In this document: in pieces, positions 33,453-34,415 of the stretch | Numbering within the stretch: the stretch's first letter is position 1 | Layout: each line of letters begins with the position of its first letter | IMG/VR virus record: IMGVR_UViG_3300047282_000437 | Coordinates: 1-34,415 of that record | DNA length: 34,415 nt | Direction: 5' to 3' (one strand) | Source of the DNA: a virus | Taxonomy: Duplodnaviria > Caudoviricetes | Notes under the pieces: model-generated | Databases searched by the model: none | Told to the model about the DNA's origin: nothing | The model's input: only the letters and a program-made list of their open reading frames with translations | Made by a program: the position numbers and the translations under genes

Positions 33453-33511
33453 AATTACTGAAAAGTGCTATTAATATTTATACTAATAACACTTTTTAGT
33501 AAAAAGTTTTA

Positions 33512-34415
33512 TCAGAAAGGAACTTCGTGACCACCCTCAATAGTCAATTTAAGTTCAGGTTTTTCTTCTGTAGGGAGTTGAAAGTCTGCGTCAATTTTAT
33601 CATAAAGTTCCAAGAAAGATTGTTTGGTTTCATCGTCAAAACGATTGATACAAACTTGAATTGCCTTTGCCTTATCTTGGAAAATGCTGTAGGCACGAAT
33701 AATGTGAACAAGACGACGGGTGCTGATGATTTCCTCAATACCACCATCATAGAAAGTTTTTCTAATAACCTCACCCCAATCGCAAAGGCGTTTGCAGAAG
33801 TCGCGGTCTTCCACACCCAAATCCAGAGCAATGCCTTCCAGGATCTTCTGTTCGGTTGCAGGAACAGGATAGGACTGCTCAAGAGTCACAGGAAAACGCT
33901 CCAAAAATGCCTCATTGAGAACGTTGGTTCCGATAAAGCGACCGTCATCGGAACCTTTACCTTTGGTGTTAGCAGTGGCGACAATATTAAAACCTTCAGA
34001 AGGTTTTACAAATTTACCAATTTTTTTCAGAAAGACACCCTTACCTTCCAGAATGGATTGCAGACACAAAATCTTATTAGAAGCAAGGTCAATCTCATCC
34101 AGAAGCAACACTGCACCACGCTCAAGTGCCTCTACCACAGGACCATTGTGCCAGACAGTTTCACCATTCACTAGGCGGAAACCACCAATCAGATCATCCT
34201 CATCAGTCTCAATCGTAATATTGACCCGAATCAATTCCCGATTGAGTTGGGCACACGCTTGCTCAACCGAGAACGTTTTACCGTTACCCGAAAGACCCGT
34301 GATGAACGTAGGATAAAAGAGACGGGACTGAATAATTTTTTTAATATCGTTAAAGTTACCAAACTTGACGAAGGTATCATCTTTATCAGGAATGAGATTT
34401 TGTTCAGTGGAAGGA
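33512..34415 (-). CDS. cobS: CobS/MoxR-like AAA+ ATPase, 5' truncated by the window edge
   Basis: Frame stays open to the window end; GLSGNGKT Walker A, DEDDLIGG, LLLDEID, TANTKG, NEAFLERF. Confidence 0.92.
   Translation of the reverse strand, partial: PSTEQNLIPDKDDTFVKFGNFNDIKKIIQSRLFYPTFITGLSGNGKTFSVEQACAQLNRELIRVNITIETDEDDLIGGFRLVNGETVWHNGPVVEALERGAVLLLDEIDLASNKILCLQSILEGKGVFLKKIGKFVKPSEGFNIVATANTKGKGSDDGRFIGTNVLNEAFLERFPVTLEQSYPVPATEQKILEGIALDLGVEDRDFCKRLCDWGEVIRKTFYDGGIEEIISTRRLVHIIRAYSIFQDKAKAIQVCINRFDDETKQSFLELYDKIDADFQLPTEEKPELKLTIEGGHEVPF

Noticed and set aside
33527-34316. Long plus-strand ORFs (215 and 133 aa)
   Set aside because: Antisense shadows of cobS with no recognisable motifs
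33512-34415. cobS as evidence for cobalamin synthesis
   Set aside because: It is a MoxR-type AAA+ ATPase common in T4-like phages; no other cob genes are present
1-34415. Stop-codon reassignment or suppressor tRNAs
   Set aside because: Core genes are intact under the standard code and no tRNA has a stop anticodon

Overview
Part of a T4-like myophage genome, most likely a cyanomyophage (Kyanoviridae-like), inferred from its T4 core genes plus hsp20, mazG and cobS. Most genes lie on the minus strand. From left to right: (1) a tRNA array (Ser partial, Asp, Gly, Ala, Pro, Tyr, Lys, plus a separate Arg) containing two non-canonical tRNA-like RNAs and an HNH endonuclease, preceded by an elaborate control region; (2) a cell-envelope/lysis region with a tail-type lysozyme, a plus-strand four-gene operon of exported or membrane proteins, a thermonuclease, small membrane and basic peptides, a GH24 endolysin and a C39-peptidase-like protein; (3) a GIY-YIG nuclease and probable internal head proteins; (4) nrdB, intein-containing nrdA, and primase; (5) late/virion genes including a cytidylyltransferase-like protein; (6) the replication module: mazG, gp41, HNH, uvsX, gp43, hsp20, regA, gp62, dam, gp44, DenV-like, gp45, DUF3310-like, HNH and truncated cobS. 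The strongest candidate for an undescribed system is the tRNA-array control region at about 1285-1715. It holds a 37-codon leader ORF using 31 different codons (all six Ser codons), coupled to mutually exclusive antiterminator/terminator hairpins, followed by tandem promoters and an rrn-like boxB/boxA. This looks like a tRNA-pool-sensing attenuator. All calls were made by eye, with no database searches or folding software.
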